A stretch of 64,000 nt of DNA from Octopus bimaculoides (taxonomy: Eukaryota): assembly GCF_001194135.2 (NCBI RefSeq), contig NC_068992.1:8962378-9026377 (forward strand). Direction: 5' to 3'. Made by a program: the position numbers and the translations under genes. Within the stretch, counting starts at the first letter, position 1; the number at the start of each line of letters is the position of its first letter. Below are positions 52,400-64,000 of this stretch, piece by piece. Below the pieces are notes generated by a model. That model made no database searches. It worked only from the letters and a program-made list of their open reading frames with translations, and was not told the origin of the DNA.

Positions 52400-53322
52400 A
52401 GTGCGCCTTTGAGTGGATGGATGGATGGATGTATGTGTGTGTGTGTGTGTGTGTATCTTTTGCTTCGGTCATTAGACTACGGCCTTGTAGAATTTTAGTC
52501 GAATGAATCGACCTCTATACTTTTTTTTTAAACCTAGTACTCATTCCATCGGATCCTTCTTGCCGAACAGCTAAGTTACAAGAAAATAAACATACCAACA
52601 CCGGCTGTCAAGTGGTACTGCTGGACAAACACACACACACACCGAACTTCTTTCAGTTTCCGTCTACCAAATCAACTCACAAGACTTTAGTTGGTCTGAG
52701 GCAACAGAAGGTGATACCTGCTCAAGGTGCCATGTAGTGAGACTGAACCTGGAACCATGGGATTGAGAAACAAACTTCTTACCACACAGCCATGACCATC
52801 TTTTAGTCATTGGACTGTGGCCATACTGGGGCATCGCTTTGAAGGGTTTTTAGCCAAACGAATTTTTAAGCCAGGTACTTTAGCCAAACTGCCAAGTTAC
52901 GAGGACATAAACAAACCAACACCGGTTGCCAAGTGGTGGTGGGGAAAGCACACATCTATCTGACAGGCTTCTTTCAGTTTCTGTCCACCAAATCCATTCA
53001 CAAGGCAGGGGCTATAGTAGAAGACACTTACCCAAGAGGTCATGCAGTGTGATGGAACTGGAACCATGTGGTAAGGTAGTAAACTGCTCACCACACTGTC
53101 ATCTTTGCATCTGTATACATCTTTATCTTTTACTTGTTTCAGTCATTAGACTGCAGCCATGCTGGAGCACCACTTTGAACAAATTGGCCCCAGTACTTAT
53201 TTCTTTCTTTTAGCCTGAGACTGAGTCCCTTCTGCCGAACCACTAAGTTACAGGGACATAAACACACCATCACCAGTGGTTAAATGGTGGTGGACAAAGA
53301 GACACAAAGACACATACATATA

Positions 53323-53357
<35 letters not shown>

Positions 53358-53958
53358 TGTACTTCAGGAAGGTCATTTTATTTATTATTATTATTATTAC
53401 TATTATCATTATTTCATCCTCCCCCCCCAAAAAAAAAAAATAATAATAAATAAAATGACCATCCTGAAATTCAACAATATCTCTTTCAACACACAATTTC
53501 ACATCAGGAATTTTTGCAAAACGAATTCATAAACATGTGTGTGTGTGTGTGTTTATGAATAAATGTAGAAATGTAGCTGTATGGTACAAAGTTTACTTCC
53601 CAACTACACATTTCTAGGTTCAGTCCCACTACTGCATGACACCTTCAGCAAGTATCTTTAACTATAGCCTACAGCCTTGTGAGTGGATTCAGTAGACAGA
53701 AACTGAAAGAATCCCATCATGTATGTGTGTGTGTTCATGTTTGCATTTGTACCCCCACCACTTGATAATCAGGGTTAGTTTCTTTAAATTTTCTAAACCT
53801 AGCAAATCAGCAAAAAGAGACTGATAGAATAAGTACCAGGCTTTGAAAAAATAAGTACTGGGGTTGATTTGTTCAACTAAACCGTTCAAGGTGATGCCCC
53901 AGTATGGGCACAGTCCAATGACTGAATCAAGTAAAAGATAAAAGATAGCCAAATGGAT

Positions 53959-54012
<54 letters not shown>

Positions 54013-54329
54013 TTGGAGAGATAGATGTGTATGTGTGTGTGAATATATATAAATGTGTATGTATTTGCATGTATATAATACACATATGCATGTATATACA
54101 CATATACCGATATTTACATAATATCTATGACCACCTTCAAGACTGTCAGTGAAATCCCTAGTTTGCACAGACCAGCAGAAAGAGGCATGACCTGAGCCTG
54201 TCAGTAAGCCATAGGCACCAAGTAAAGAGATCAGCTAAAATGGCAAACATCTGATACTGTTGTGTGAAGTGAACAATTTCAACACCTGTAGCACCTATTT
54301 TTCACCAACAATGGAACTGTCTATTCTGT

Positions 54330-55730
54330 AATTCATGCTTGTTGGAAGACTGCCTCAGAAAATATCTGATCTTGTCAAGGCGCCAAAGATGGATCAGATC
54401 ACTACCTCGTAAAAGCTACATTGAAACTACAATTAAAGAGGCAGAGGTATGTCGCTATCATCCAACAATTTACTGTGAAGAAGTTTAAAGACACCACTAC
54501 AACAGAACTATACCAGTGACAGCTGAAGAGGTATCGGCCACTGTAGCATCTCTACAGTGTTGAACAACAATGGGTAATGACATTGAACAAAAGAGCATCA
54601 AAGAAGTAACAATGAATAAATGAAGGGTCATGGAACTTAAGTGATCAATATAAGGCAGCAAAGAATAGAAAAGACAAACTGCTACTGAATACTATACATT
54701 AGACTGCCAGTAGAGCATCAAAATTAACAAGGAGGTCTGGAAAGAAAGCACAAGAAAAAGAAGATGCAGGTAGTAGGAATGCCACAATGTCACAGTACTT
54801 GCATTATCAGAGAGCTCATGGGCTTAGAAAAAGAAAAAATCAGTTGTGCACCAGCCAAAGATGAAACTGACAAAATCCTGTAAAAAGAAAAAGTGCCATA
54901 TGGTTGGAATAATTTGGAACTACCAATTGTAACCCTGCAAGAACTGAAGCAATCACAAAAGAGGAAATAAAACTAGCATTGGGGAAATTAAAGAACTTCA
55001 ACACTGCTGGATAAGACCAAATTTCGGCTTCTGAAGTATGGTGAAGAAACAGCAATAACATCACTAAAACACCTACACAACAGGTGATGGTAACAGCAAC
55101 AAGTGTTGGTCGATTAAAGAAGAGAAGTCATTGCGGAGCTTCTGAAATGAGAAACCCGATAGACTTCAAAAGTTGATGACAAGTTTTCTGTATTGTATTA
55201 ACGAACAGGATTTGACAGGGTTTTGATGCAACACTACTAAACGATCAAGATTTCACTCCAGCTACTCTTGCACTGAAGAAATATTCAAGCTGAAAAATAT
55301 CATGGAACCCTGTGATCCTGTCGGTTTTGGGACTTTAAAAAGCCTTTGGACAGCATCCAATTAGCAATCACTCTGGAAAATTGTTCAAGGATATGGCTTC
55401 CTCCACACAGTGCCTTAACATCTTCTGAAATCTGTATGACAGTTCTAGTAGCTGTTTCATGACAGATACTGGCCATATTGAGAACTTTAGCATTATTGCC
55501 AGGAATGCATCCCATCATTCCTCGTCTTGCTAGCAGATGACTTCGAAATGAAGAAGGTAACCAACAGAACACTATGTTCAAAGAAAACAGAAAAGCTTTA
55601 TGATCTGACCTTTGTTAATAATATTGCACAGCTACAAGAAACAAAAGCTGGATTGCAAGCACAAGTACTAAGTTCAAAAAACAAGCAAGAAAAATTGAGC
55701 TTAGAATTAGATGTGAAAAGACCAAGATGA
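54330..55730 (+). mobile_element. Degraded RTE-like LINE (end of endonuclease and RT)
   Basis: Remnants in the expected order: SDHYLVKATLKLQLK, ITKEEIKLALGKLKN, DFKKPLDSI...LWK, DLTFVNNIA, LRIRCEKTK. Confidence 0.75.
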
Positions 55731-56376
55731 AATAGATTTTGCCACAATTCAACCTTCCTTGTTCATAGGAAAACGGCAATTTCTCCTGAGCTGGAGAAAA
55801 CCTGTGTCTACATAATACATATCTATCTAGATATGCATATATATAAAAATACTCACACATATGTCCCCATGTCATGAGTTTTATTAATTAAAAAGAATAG
55901 TGCAATCTTTCAAAACAAAATGGGTAAAACTTTTTGACAAATTCTTACCTTAAAGATTTTGCATTTTGTATTTAATAATTAATATACAACACTTTGATCT
56001 TAGGCAATAGATCTAGACCAATAACTCCTAAATGTTATAGTGCAAACTGCCAATGAAAATTAATGGGCTTCATTGATTTACTGTCATTAAACTTATCACT
56101 GAAAGGATGTTGAAGACAATCAATTATGTAAATACTTTTATTATTGAACATTTTTTCTGTTCTTTAAATATTTTCATTATTAAGTATTTGCTGTCTCTGA
56201 AACAAACACATTGTGACAGTAATGAAATAATGTGACACATCAGCAACTTTAGTAATATGTCCTTCACCTGTTACTTGTCATTGGACAGCAGCCATGATGG
56301 GCTCTGCCTTGAAGGGTTGTAGCCAAACCAATACTGGTTGTCAAGTGGTAGTGGACAAACACAAAGACACACATGC

Positions 56377-56407
<31 letters not shown>

Positions 56408-57216
56408 GATATAGATATATATATATATATATCTTACAACAGATTTCTTTCAGTTTTTGTATACCAAATCCACTTATCACAAGGTTTTAGTTAGCCTGGT
56501 GTTATAGTAGACAACACTTGCCCAAGGTGTTACACATAGGGACTGAACCTGGGATCCTGTGGTTGGGAAGCAAACTTCTTACCACACAGCAAGGCCAACA
56601 CCTATATGTACAAGATTTTCTTCAAGGAGAGTTAATATGGCAGTAATTATTTAGTTGAACTGGTGGTGAGGTATTTGACAATATTTTAACCCATATTTTC
56701 TCCGTTTGTATTATCATTAATTACTTTTTAATTTAATACTGACATTCAATAATCAAATTATTTTAAAGAGTGGAAGTATCAAATAATGAAACAGTTTAAA
56801 TTCTCAATTATGTTTTTGACAGCCTTCCATAGTTAAGGTTGATGACAGTAAATCGATGGAATTCGAGTTAGTCAGTAGTACCAAATGGTTTAATAGTAAT
56901 TATAGAAATTTAATTAACAATAATGATACAATATTTAATAGAATATTGCAATACTATTTACAAAACAGGGGAACACTTACGAGTAATTATCATCAGTCGA
57001 AAGGTTCTTTCAACAACAACAATCACAGGAAAACTACATCTCGCTATTTTCCTGTTCGATAGTTGTATGGATGTTGTAAAACATTTCATCCTTCCACTCA
57101 CTTTCGTTTTACTTGTCATTTATTATCTCCATAATGTGACAGAACATACACGTATACACATATCTATACACATCTATCTATNNNNNNNNNNNNNNNNNNN
57201 NNNNNNNNNNNNNNNN

Positions 57217-57264
<48 letters not shown>

Positions 57265-58669
57265 TGTATGTGTGTTTATATATAATGATGATGATATATA
57301 AACACACATACACACAAACGCATATACATAAAGGCACATATACGACGTATATATTTACACACACACACACACAGTGACTTAAATACACTCCTAAACAGAC
57401 ATGCACAGTGACTTAAACACACACATAGACGTACACATAACGTATATAGACACTCACGACAGATAGATATAGTTCTAGAAGGACAATATCTGTTTCCGTT
57501 TATTTCTTAAAATGAAACAACTATCTGATGTCGCATCATATTTACTTGTGTGAGTGACAAACGAAAACGTTTGAGAGAAAATAATATTAGATAAATCTAT
57601 ACGAAATATAAGTGAATATACGTATATTATGTAATCTCATTACAGAATTTATTCTGCTATATCCCTCCGTTAATCTAACAAACATTTAATGCTAAATTCA
57701 AATAAAGTTTACGAAACGAAGGTAAACTAATTCTTCTTATAAATCACTTGCTGGTACTCGTTATCGTCTTACATAAAACATACACTCACTACACGTTTGA
57801 TATACATACATACGACCCAACGAGTGTGTTCCTATGTCATCGCTCGGCCTGCTAGAAATAGCTGCTAAAATCCCCCTCCCCATGATATACTACCATCTCA
57901 AAAGTGGGAAAGAAATAGATTATGTAGAGCAAGATACACAGTATCTAACATAAAAGATGGGATCTCATCACTGGAATGCTTTTGATCGTATCATAAGGTC
58001 TGTTTAATCAAGGCTGATTCGAGGCTAAACAAGACCATACATACAATGCGTAAGAAATATTCATACACACGCACAAAAACATTCACACAAGATATATTCA
58101 TCCCTACACATACAAACATTCACAAACACATACTCAAGAAACATTGATACATACACACTACACACACAACATATATATATATATATACACAAAACATTCC
58201 TACATACACACACAAACAAGAAACATTTACATCTACACTCAAGAAACATCCATTCATATATTGCACATACGTAAGATTTATTCATTCATACACATAAAAA
58301 AGCTATCATGAAATATACACATAAACATTCATTCATACATACATACAAAAAGAAACATACATGCGCGCACACGAGATATTCATACACGTACAATATCCAC
58401 GAAATAACATAGATACATCCAGTAAATCACCCATGCGGCCAAGAATATATACATGAAAAAAAATACCATACATTCAACAGAACGCACCATAATTCTATTA
58501 GAGGGAACAGTGGCGGGCAGACACGATCACACCCCATGTTGAAGGGAGTAACGAAGAAAGGGGGTTACGAATGAATAAGGGGTTATTATAAGGACGTGAA
58601 TAAATTCAATTTAAGCTGTCGAGTGGAAGTGAATAAAATGACATGGAATATATAATAATGTGTACTTAC

Positions 58670-58929
58670 ACTTCTAAAATTCGGTCTCCCTTCCGTATGC
58701 CTGCTCTGTGTGCAGCACCGCCTTCTAACACGGCACTAACATGTTGGAGAGGTGCATACAATACTCCATTGATCGATTTGAGGACCCCACCTTCGCTGAC
58801 CTGGCCCCGGACATTAAATCCAAAGCCTGTTTCTGTTTTTGTGATGGTGACCACCCTCGGGCCACTATGGTCGCTCATCATTCTCTCCGGAGTAGACGGA
58901 GTACTGCCTTCCTCATCACTATCCGCCAT
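58670..58929 (-). CDS. SNX27: Sorting nexin 27, first coding exon (N-terminal part of PDZ domain)
   Basis: Translation [87 protein letters not shown] closely matches the SNX27 PDZ domain, including the GFGF loop and the SNX27-specific SINGxLYAPL hairpin. ATG context is AAAT-ATG-GCG. The exon ends GAA GT|GTAAGT (phase-2 donor at 58669). Confidence 0.95.
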
Positions 58930-58989
58930 ATTTGGTCAGATGATCAAACAAGGCAAATCACACAAACACACCGTAATCTATGTCCGGTT

Positions 58990-59360
58990 CATCTTTCTCT
59001 CTCTCTCTCTCACTTTCTGTTTGTCTCTCTCTCTCTGTGTATCTGTATCTTCTCCCTCTCTTTCTATTGCTTTATCTCTCTATTTGTTTCTTCTCCCTCA
59101 CTTTCTATATCTTTCTCACTCTATTAGTTCTCCCTCTCTTTCTATCTCTTTTTCTCTCTCCCTTTATTCTCCCTCCCTCTTTCTCTTTTTATCTATTTAT
59201 TCTCCTTCCATTTGTCTCGATGTCTATCTTGTGGCTCTCTCTCTCTCTCTGTTTTGCTGAGTTCTCTTTCTCTAGTCTATTTTCTTCCACTCTCTCTCTT
59301 CTTATTCTGTCTTTCTCTCTACATATTTTTCTTTCTTCTTTCTCTCTCTCACCAACATGT
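58990..59360. repeat. CT-rich (GA-rich on the SNX27 sense strand) low-complexity tract just upstream of the ATG
   Basis: Seen directly; it explains ORFs 58980..59453 and 59212..59475. Confidence 0.85.
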
Positions 59361-60289
59361 ATATGTTTGCCTTTCTCACCAGCTCAAACTCTTTTCATCT
59401 GTCTTTCAACAATATATTGGCAGGAAAGAGATTTACAAAAAGGGAAGCATTGAAAATAGCAATGTTTTTTTTTAACGCTTCGTTTAGAGATTATATTTAG
59501 TCGCACCTGATTTACTTTTCATTGCTTACATCTAAGTTAACAGTTGTTTCTGGAAAGTTTTTCAAATAAATTTTAGGATTTTTTTAAATGCGCAATCACG
59601 CTTTTATGTTTCATGGAAGTAGCTGTAATAGATGGTCTGTTAAACTTAGAGAAATTTAAAATTAACTAAATCTAAAACTGATAAAGTAACTGAAAGTTTG
59701 CTTATTTTAATCTATGTTCTTAGATATTTTTATCTTTAAATATTAATGTATTATTTCTAAATTTTACTGGGTAAAGGAAATTTCTTTATAAAATATACGT
59801 GCGGAGAGAAGTAATTTTTTAAAAGTATATTTTCATTTTATCGACACGTATTAAATACAGTTAAGATTTCTCTGGCATCATCAATATTTTCTCATAACCT
59901 ATAAAACATATCCACTATATTTCGTCAAAAAAAATATCCAAATGACGTTACTAAGGAAATTCTATATGGACACTCGACCAGTTAGAAATAGCAACCAAAT
60001 CTCATTCAAATCACACCTTGTCATCATAAATAGGGAAAGAAAATATCGTGTAATTCTTCATATAAAGCCTTAAAAACCCGATACCTTGTTTATATGTTCT
60101 CAATCACAGCTGATCTGGGACTAAACAACAACAAATCAGTTGGACCTAGCCTTTGCTGCACTACATACGGGTTGAAACAAGACTTGTCACATTTATTTTC
60201 CACGTTCAACTTATATCGACCTTCCTTCTCACATAGTTATAGTGTGTTTATTTTTAACATCTTTGTCAGAAGAGGAAGGGCAGAGCTCA

Positions 60290-60470
60290 CGGATATTTAC
60301 AGGGCCTCCGTAACAAGTAAAGGTGAAGGGGGATGAGTTGTCCTCGGACCGGAGACCTTTCAGTTGCCAGGCAGTGATATGCTAAACCGCGAGACAGATT
60401 GAGTTTGCGGTCCAAGGACAGACACGCTACTTCCGAATTGTTTCTTCGCATTTTCCGTCAACTTGCATAA
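60290..60470. promoter_or_regulatory. CpG-rich segment about 1.4 kb upstream of the SNX27 ATG with an ETS-like motif
   Basis: gctacttccg (minus strand CGGAAGTAGC) near 60427-60436 in locally GC-rich sequence. The TSS cannot be determined from sequence. Confidence 0.3.
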
Positions 60471-60639
60471 TACTACACAGTAGGATTGAATCCAAAACCA
60501 CGTCGTTGCAAAGCATACTTCTTCACCGCACAGCCATACCTGCATCCAGCATAGGTTTTCAGCATTTTTATACACAAACACATACACACACACAATCTCT
60601 CTCTCCGTATATATATATATATATATAATTCAGAAAGAT

Positions 60640-60674
<35 letters not shown>

Positions 60675-61299
60675 TTAATTAGGATAAAGTCATCATTTAA
60701 TGATTTATCAGTGGCCAGCGTACTGAAGTAATAACTTAAGTGATTTATAGTCCATTTGGGGTCTATTTCTAGCGTGCCGGCGTTGTCAATTCAGCGCCCT
60801 TTATTATAATTATTTTTTATAATTATATTTAAATATATATATATCCATTAATCTCCGTTGTTCACACATATGTTCCTTCGATTCTTTTAATGATCTTTGT
60901 TGTGTTTTCCTATGCCATTCTCGGTCTTTTATTACATCATACATTTCTCTTTCTGTGGTATGTCCCACTACTTTCCATATCTTTTTCTATGTTATTTAGG
61001 TGCTCTGTTGTTTTTATTTCGTCATATCCTGTCAATTGTGTTTGTGTTGTATATTTCATTACGTAAAAGTAAGTTCTTGTAATGTCAGCAACTACTTCAC
61101 ATGGTTAGCCCCAGGTTTAGGAGCTTCAAATTAAATAAATGGCGTATATGTTTTTAATTTTTGTGCGACTTTTTGATGTAACTTTTTGACAAGCTGCCTC
61201 CAAGTTTAGGGCCTACTTATTATACAAACTTAACTAGACTTGTAACTGAAAGAACCAATAAATACATCGTGGATGTTGTTGTTTAAACCCAGACCTCTG

Positions 61300-61460
61300 A
61301 TCAAAGGCATTCTAACAATGACATTACCATGCTGTTTTTTTTTTTTATTCAATTATTATGTGTCCCTGACTACATCATCCAATGTGTTCTTTTTTAGACA
61401 GTAGGAGGTAATTTGAGGGAAATGTGGCTGCTATTTCTAGCAGGCTGGAAGGCCACTTGA
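61300..61460 (+). repeat. Old interspersed repeat family E (gctatttctagcag motif)
   Basis: Diverged copies at about 2800-2960, 13640-13760, 20880-20990, 24240-24420, 32650-32780, 41730-41860, 51300-51420, 57830-58030 and 59970-60030. Confidence 0.6.
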
Positions 61461-62786
61461 CGTCTGTTTTTGGCTCGAAATATACGCACCTGCTGTCATT
61501 GATGAAACCGAAGTTAGCACTGATTGAGGAAACCTATGATCTAAAGCATCCCAAGCATGGCCATCCCGTCCTATATATATAAGAAACCTGATTGTTTAAT
61601 GTGTTCGTAACTTTTCTAAGATAGCAAGATATGATTTGCGATAGATTTTTTCAAGCAGATCGAGCGACGAAGTGAGACTTATTCATTATCCATATGTATT
61701 TAGTCTCCCTGTAAAATTAGACTATAGGGCCTCTTCAGCAGGTCAGTTTTGATTAAAGATGGAAATATTACTGGTTTGTATACTTCCTCAGAAATCGTTT
61801 ACCCTTGCTCCCCATGCTACCAAGAGATGTGGAGAGAGCTACCTATTAAAATGTAAACAACTCGTGTACATAAAACTGCAACATTGAAACTCCGACATCG
61901 ACAAACTTATTTTGTTTTAGAAATTCTGTTTCCATTCTGAGTTCAAATACCAACAACGTAAACTTTGCCTTTCGTCCTTACAAGGTCAGTAAAATAAAGT
62001 ACCAGTCAGGTACTGGGGTCATGTAATTGACTGATCCTTCCCCTAAGACTACTGGCCTTGTGCCAAAATTTGGAACTTATTCATTCTTGAGACCACTATA
62101 ATTCTCCTTTTGTGCATCTCTTTTACTCATGGAACAGTTATTACTAAGCAACAAGTTACTTCTACTTTATAGAATCTGCAACTTTTTTCACTGCAGTTGG
62201 CTATGATTTGAGGAAAATTTAACTGTATTTGTAACAGGTTCAATGACCATGCAGAGGTACACTCATTGACTGACTCAGCTCATGTGACAATGTGAGACTT
62301 ATGACATTATGCCAATCATTCAGGATAACACTTAATTGTGCAACCTCATTAGCTAAATAAGTGATAAGGGTAAAATATGTACATAGATTCAGATATGAGA
62401 TGCAGTGTTGATAGATGTTTGACAACAGAACATGGACAAGAATTCAAAACTTTTAAAATTATTTGGGACAGTAGCTTCCAATGTCAACATGTTAGTTTTC
62501 CCACTTAGCCAGAGAAGTTTTTAAAAAAGTAAAGAATAAAAGAAAATATAATAATATTGCATACATACATACACACATGCACACACATACATACGTACGT
62601 ACATGCATACATACATACATACATACATACATACATGTGCAATCATGGTATCTGGGACTATTAAAATTTGTATGACCTTAAGATTTAAAGGTTGATAAAA
62701 CAAAACAAGATGCTTTCCTTCACAACCTTGCTACAAAGTTGGTGGCCACTCAAAATTTACTCAGTTAAAAAGAAGATATCAAACGT

Positions 62787-62817
<31 letters not shown>

Positions 62818-62849
62818 CTAAATCTTCAGCTTCAATATCCAGATTATAA

Positions 62850-63760
62850 ATTCACATTTTTCCAATAATAATTGGTACACCTGGTTTTGTCAGTAAGTGC
62901 ATCTTGTTCTCAAATTTTCGGTTCAGAAGGGGTTGTTTAGCCATAAGTATAGCTAGGCGTTCTGATAAGCAAAGATCGCAGCATCTATTTGTGGTGTTGT
63001 AGGAGGTTGTTTTTGTGAGTATACGCCAGTTTAAGCTAAAATCTATTTTTTTATCCTTAAGTTCCCAAATGTATGTACTTAGCCCTGTTGAGTTAGCCTT
63101 ATTCCTATTTCTGAAGCTCAATTGGTGTCAATCTGAAAATGCCATAGTTTTAAAACGACATTACAAATACAATCTGTAAGCGGAACAGTAAAAATATGCA
63201 AAACTTTTCTCAAGTTCAAAATGTGACATTGTTTCTGTTATCTAATTTCCAATGAAGGAGCTTTGTACTGTTGTTAAAAACAAGCTCCTTCCTTACAGGN
63301 NNNNNNNNNNNNNNNNNNNNNNNNNNNNNNNNNNNAGACGAGGACAGGTGGTGTAAACAACAAAAGGATGTATTAGTTTAACGCTTGGGAATAGAGAAAG
63401 TCTTTAACGTTTCAAGCTACGCTCTTCAACAGAAAGAATAAGGAGAAAAGCACGGAGAAAAAAAATATAAATGTTGTGGTCAGCGATCTATCATGGCGAC
63501 TGCCGGACAGAAAGTTCACACAGGAGAGCTAAGAAAAAGTGGAGATAACAAAAGGGGAAAGAAGCGGTGATCCAAAGAAGCTGTGGGTGTGTGTTTGTGT
63601 GAGAGAATGCTGGTGATCTTAACGTATGTATGTGTGTATGTAGGTGTGAAAAAATGGGGAAAGGAGAAAGGAGTTGGTCAGTGCTAATGTGTGCGTGGTG
63701 GTGTGTTGTGAAGTGATGTGAGAGTGTTGGGAGGTGGTGCACAGGATATAAATATATCCT
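62850..63760 (-). mobile_element. Penelope-like fragment: GIY-YIG C-terminus (62852-63121) preceded by a repeat with a variant hammerhead (63401-63437)
   Basis: SFRNRNKANSTGLSTYIWELKDKKIDFSLNWRIL...CDLCLSERLAIL is a PLE endonuclease C-terminus. The upstream segment is homologous to 44128-44260. An N-gap at 63300-63335 separates the parts. Confidence 0.8.
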
Positions 63761-64000
63761 GTGCAGGTGGCACGTAAAATACACCATTTCGAGCATGGCC
63801 ATCGCCAGTACCGCCTGACTGGCCTTCGTGCCGGTGGGACGTAAAAGCACCCACTACACACTCAGAGTGGTTGGCGTTAGGAAGGGCATCCAGCTGTAGA
63901 AACTATGCCAAATCAGATTGGAGCCTGGTGTCGCCTCCTGGTCCACCAGTTCTCAGTCAAATCGTCCAACCCATGCTAGCATGGAAAGCAGACGTTAAAC

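Noticed and set aside
56971-57090. Alternative SNX27 exon (GTAAGT donor near 56970)
   Set aside because: Not SNX27-like, and the phase-1 donor does not match the phase-2 junction of exon 1.

Overview
AT-rich animal genomic DNA from a gapped assembly (10 N-runs), dense in (TA)n/(CA)n microsatellites and SINEs. The repeat families look like those of Octopus (my recognition, not verified). The only host gene I can identify is SNX27, as its first coding exon (PDZ domain, minus strand, 58670-58929). I found no PX/FERM exons, so about 58.6 kb to the left is probably its first intron. That interval holds at least five SINE-like families, RTE and L1/Tx1-type LINE fragments, a full-length but inactivated mariner with intact TIRs and TA TSD, an older mariner relic, several MITEs, and two Penelope-like (GIY-YIG) fragments. 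The most notable observations are: (1) five hammerhead-ribozyme-like motifs of the minimal Penelope type, two with canonical cores and two copies of a variant-core family; (2) a near full-length U6 snRNA copy joined directly to the 5' end of a SINE; (3) a GG-terminal MITE with an exact 8-bp TSD that splits an RTE RT motif; (4) a CRISPR-looking array of palindromic units that is really the expanded 5' end of a SINE; (5) a few unexplained candidate exons and a CpG-rich patch. No prokaryotic-type system is present. Most 60-130 aa ORFs in the track are microsatellite or SINE artefacts.
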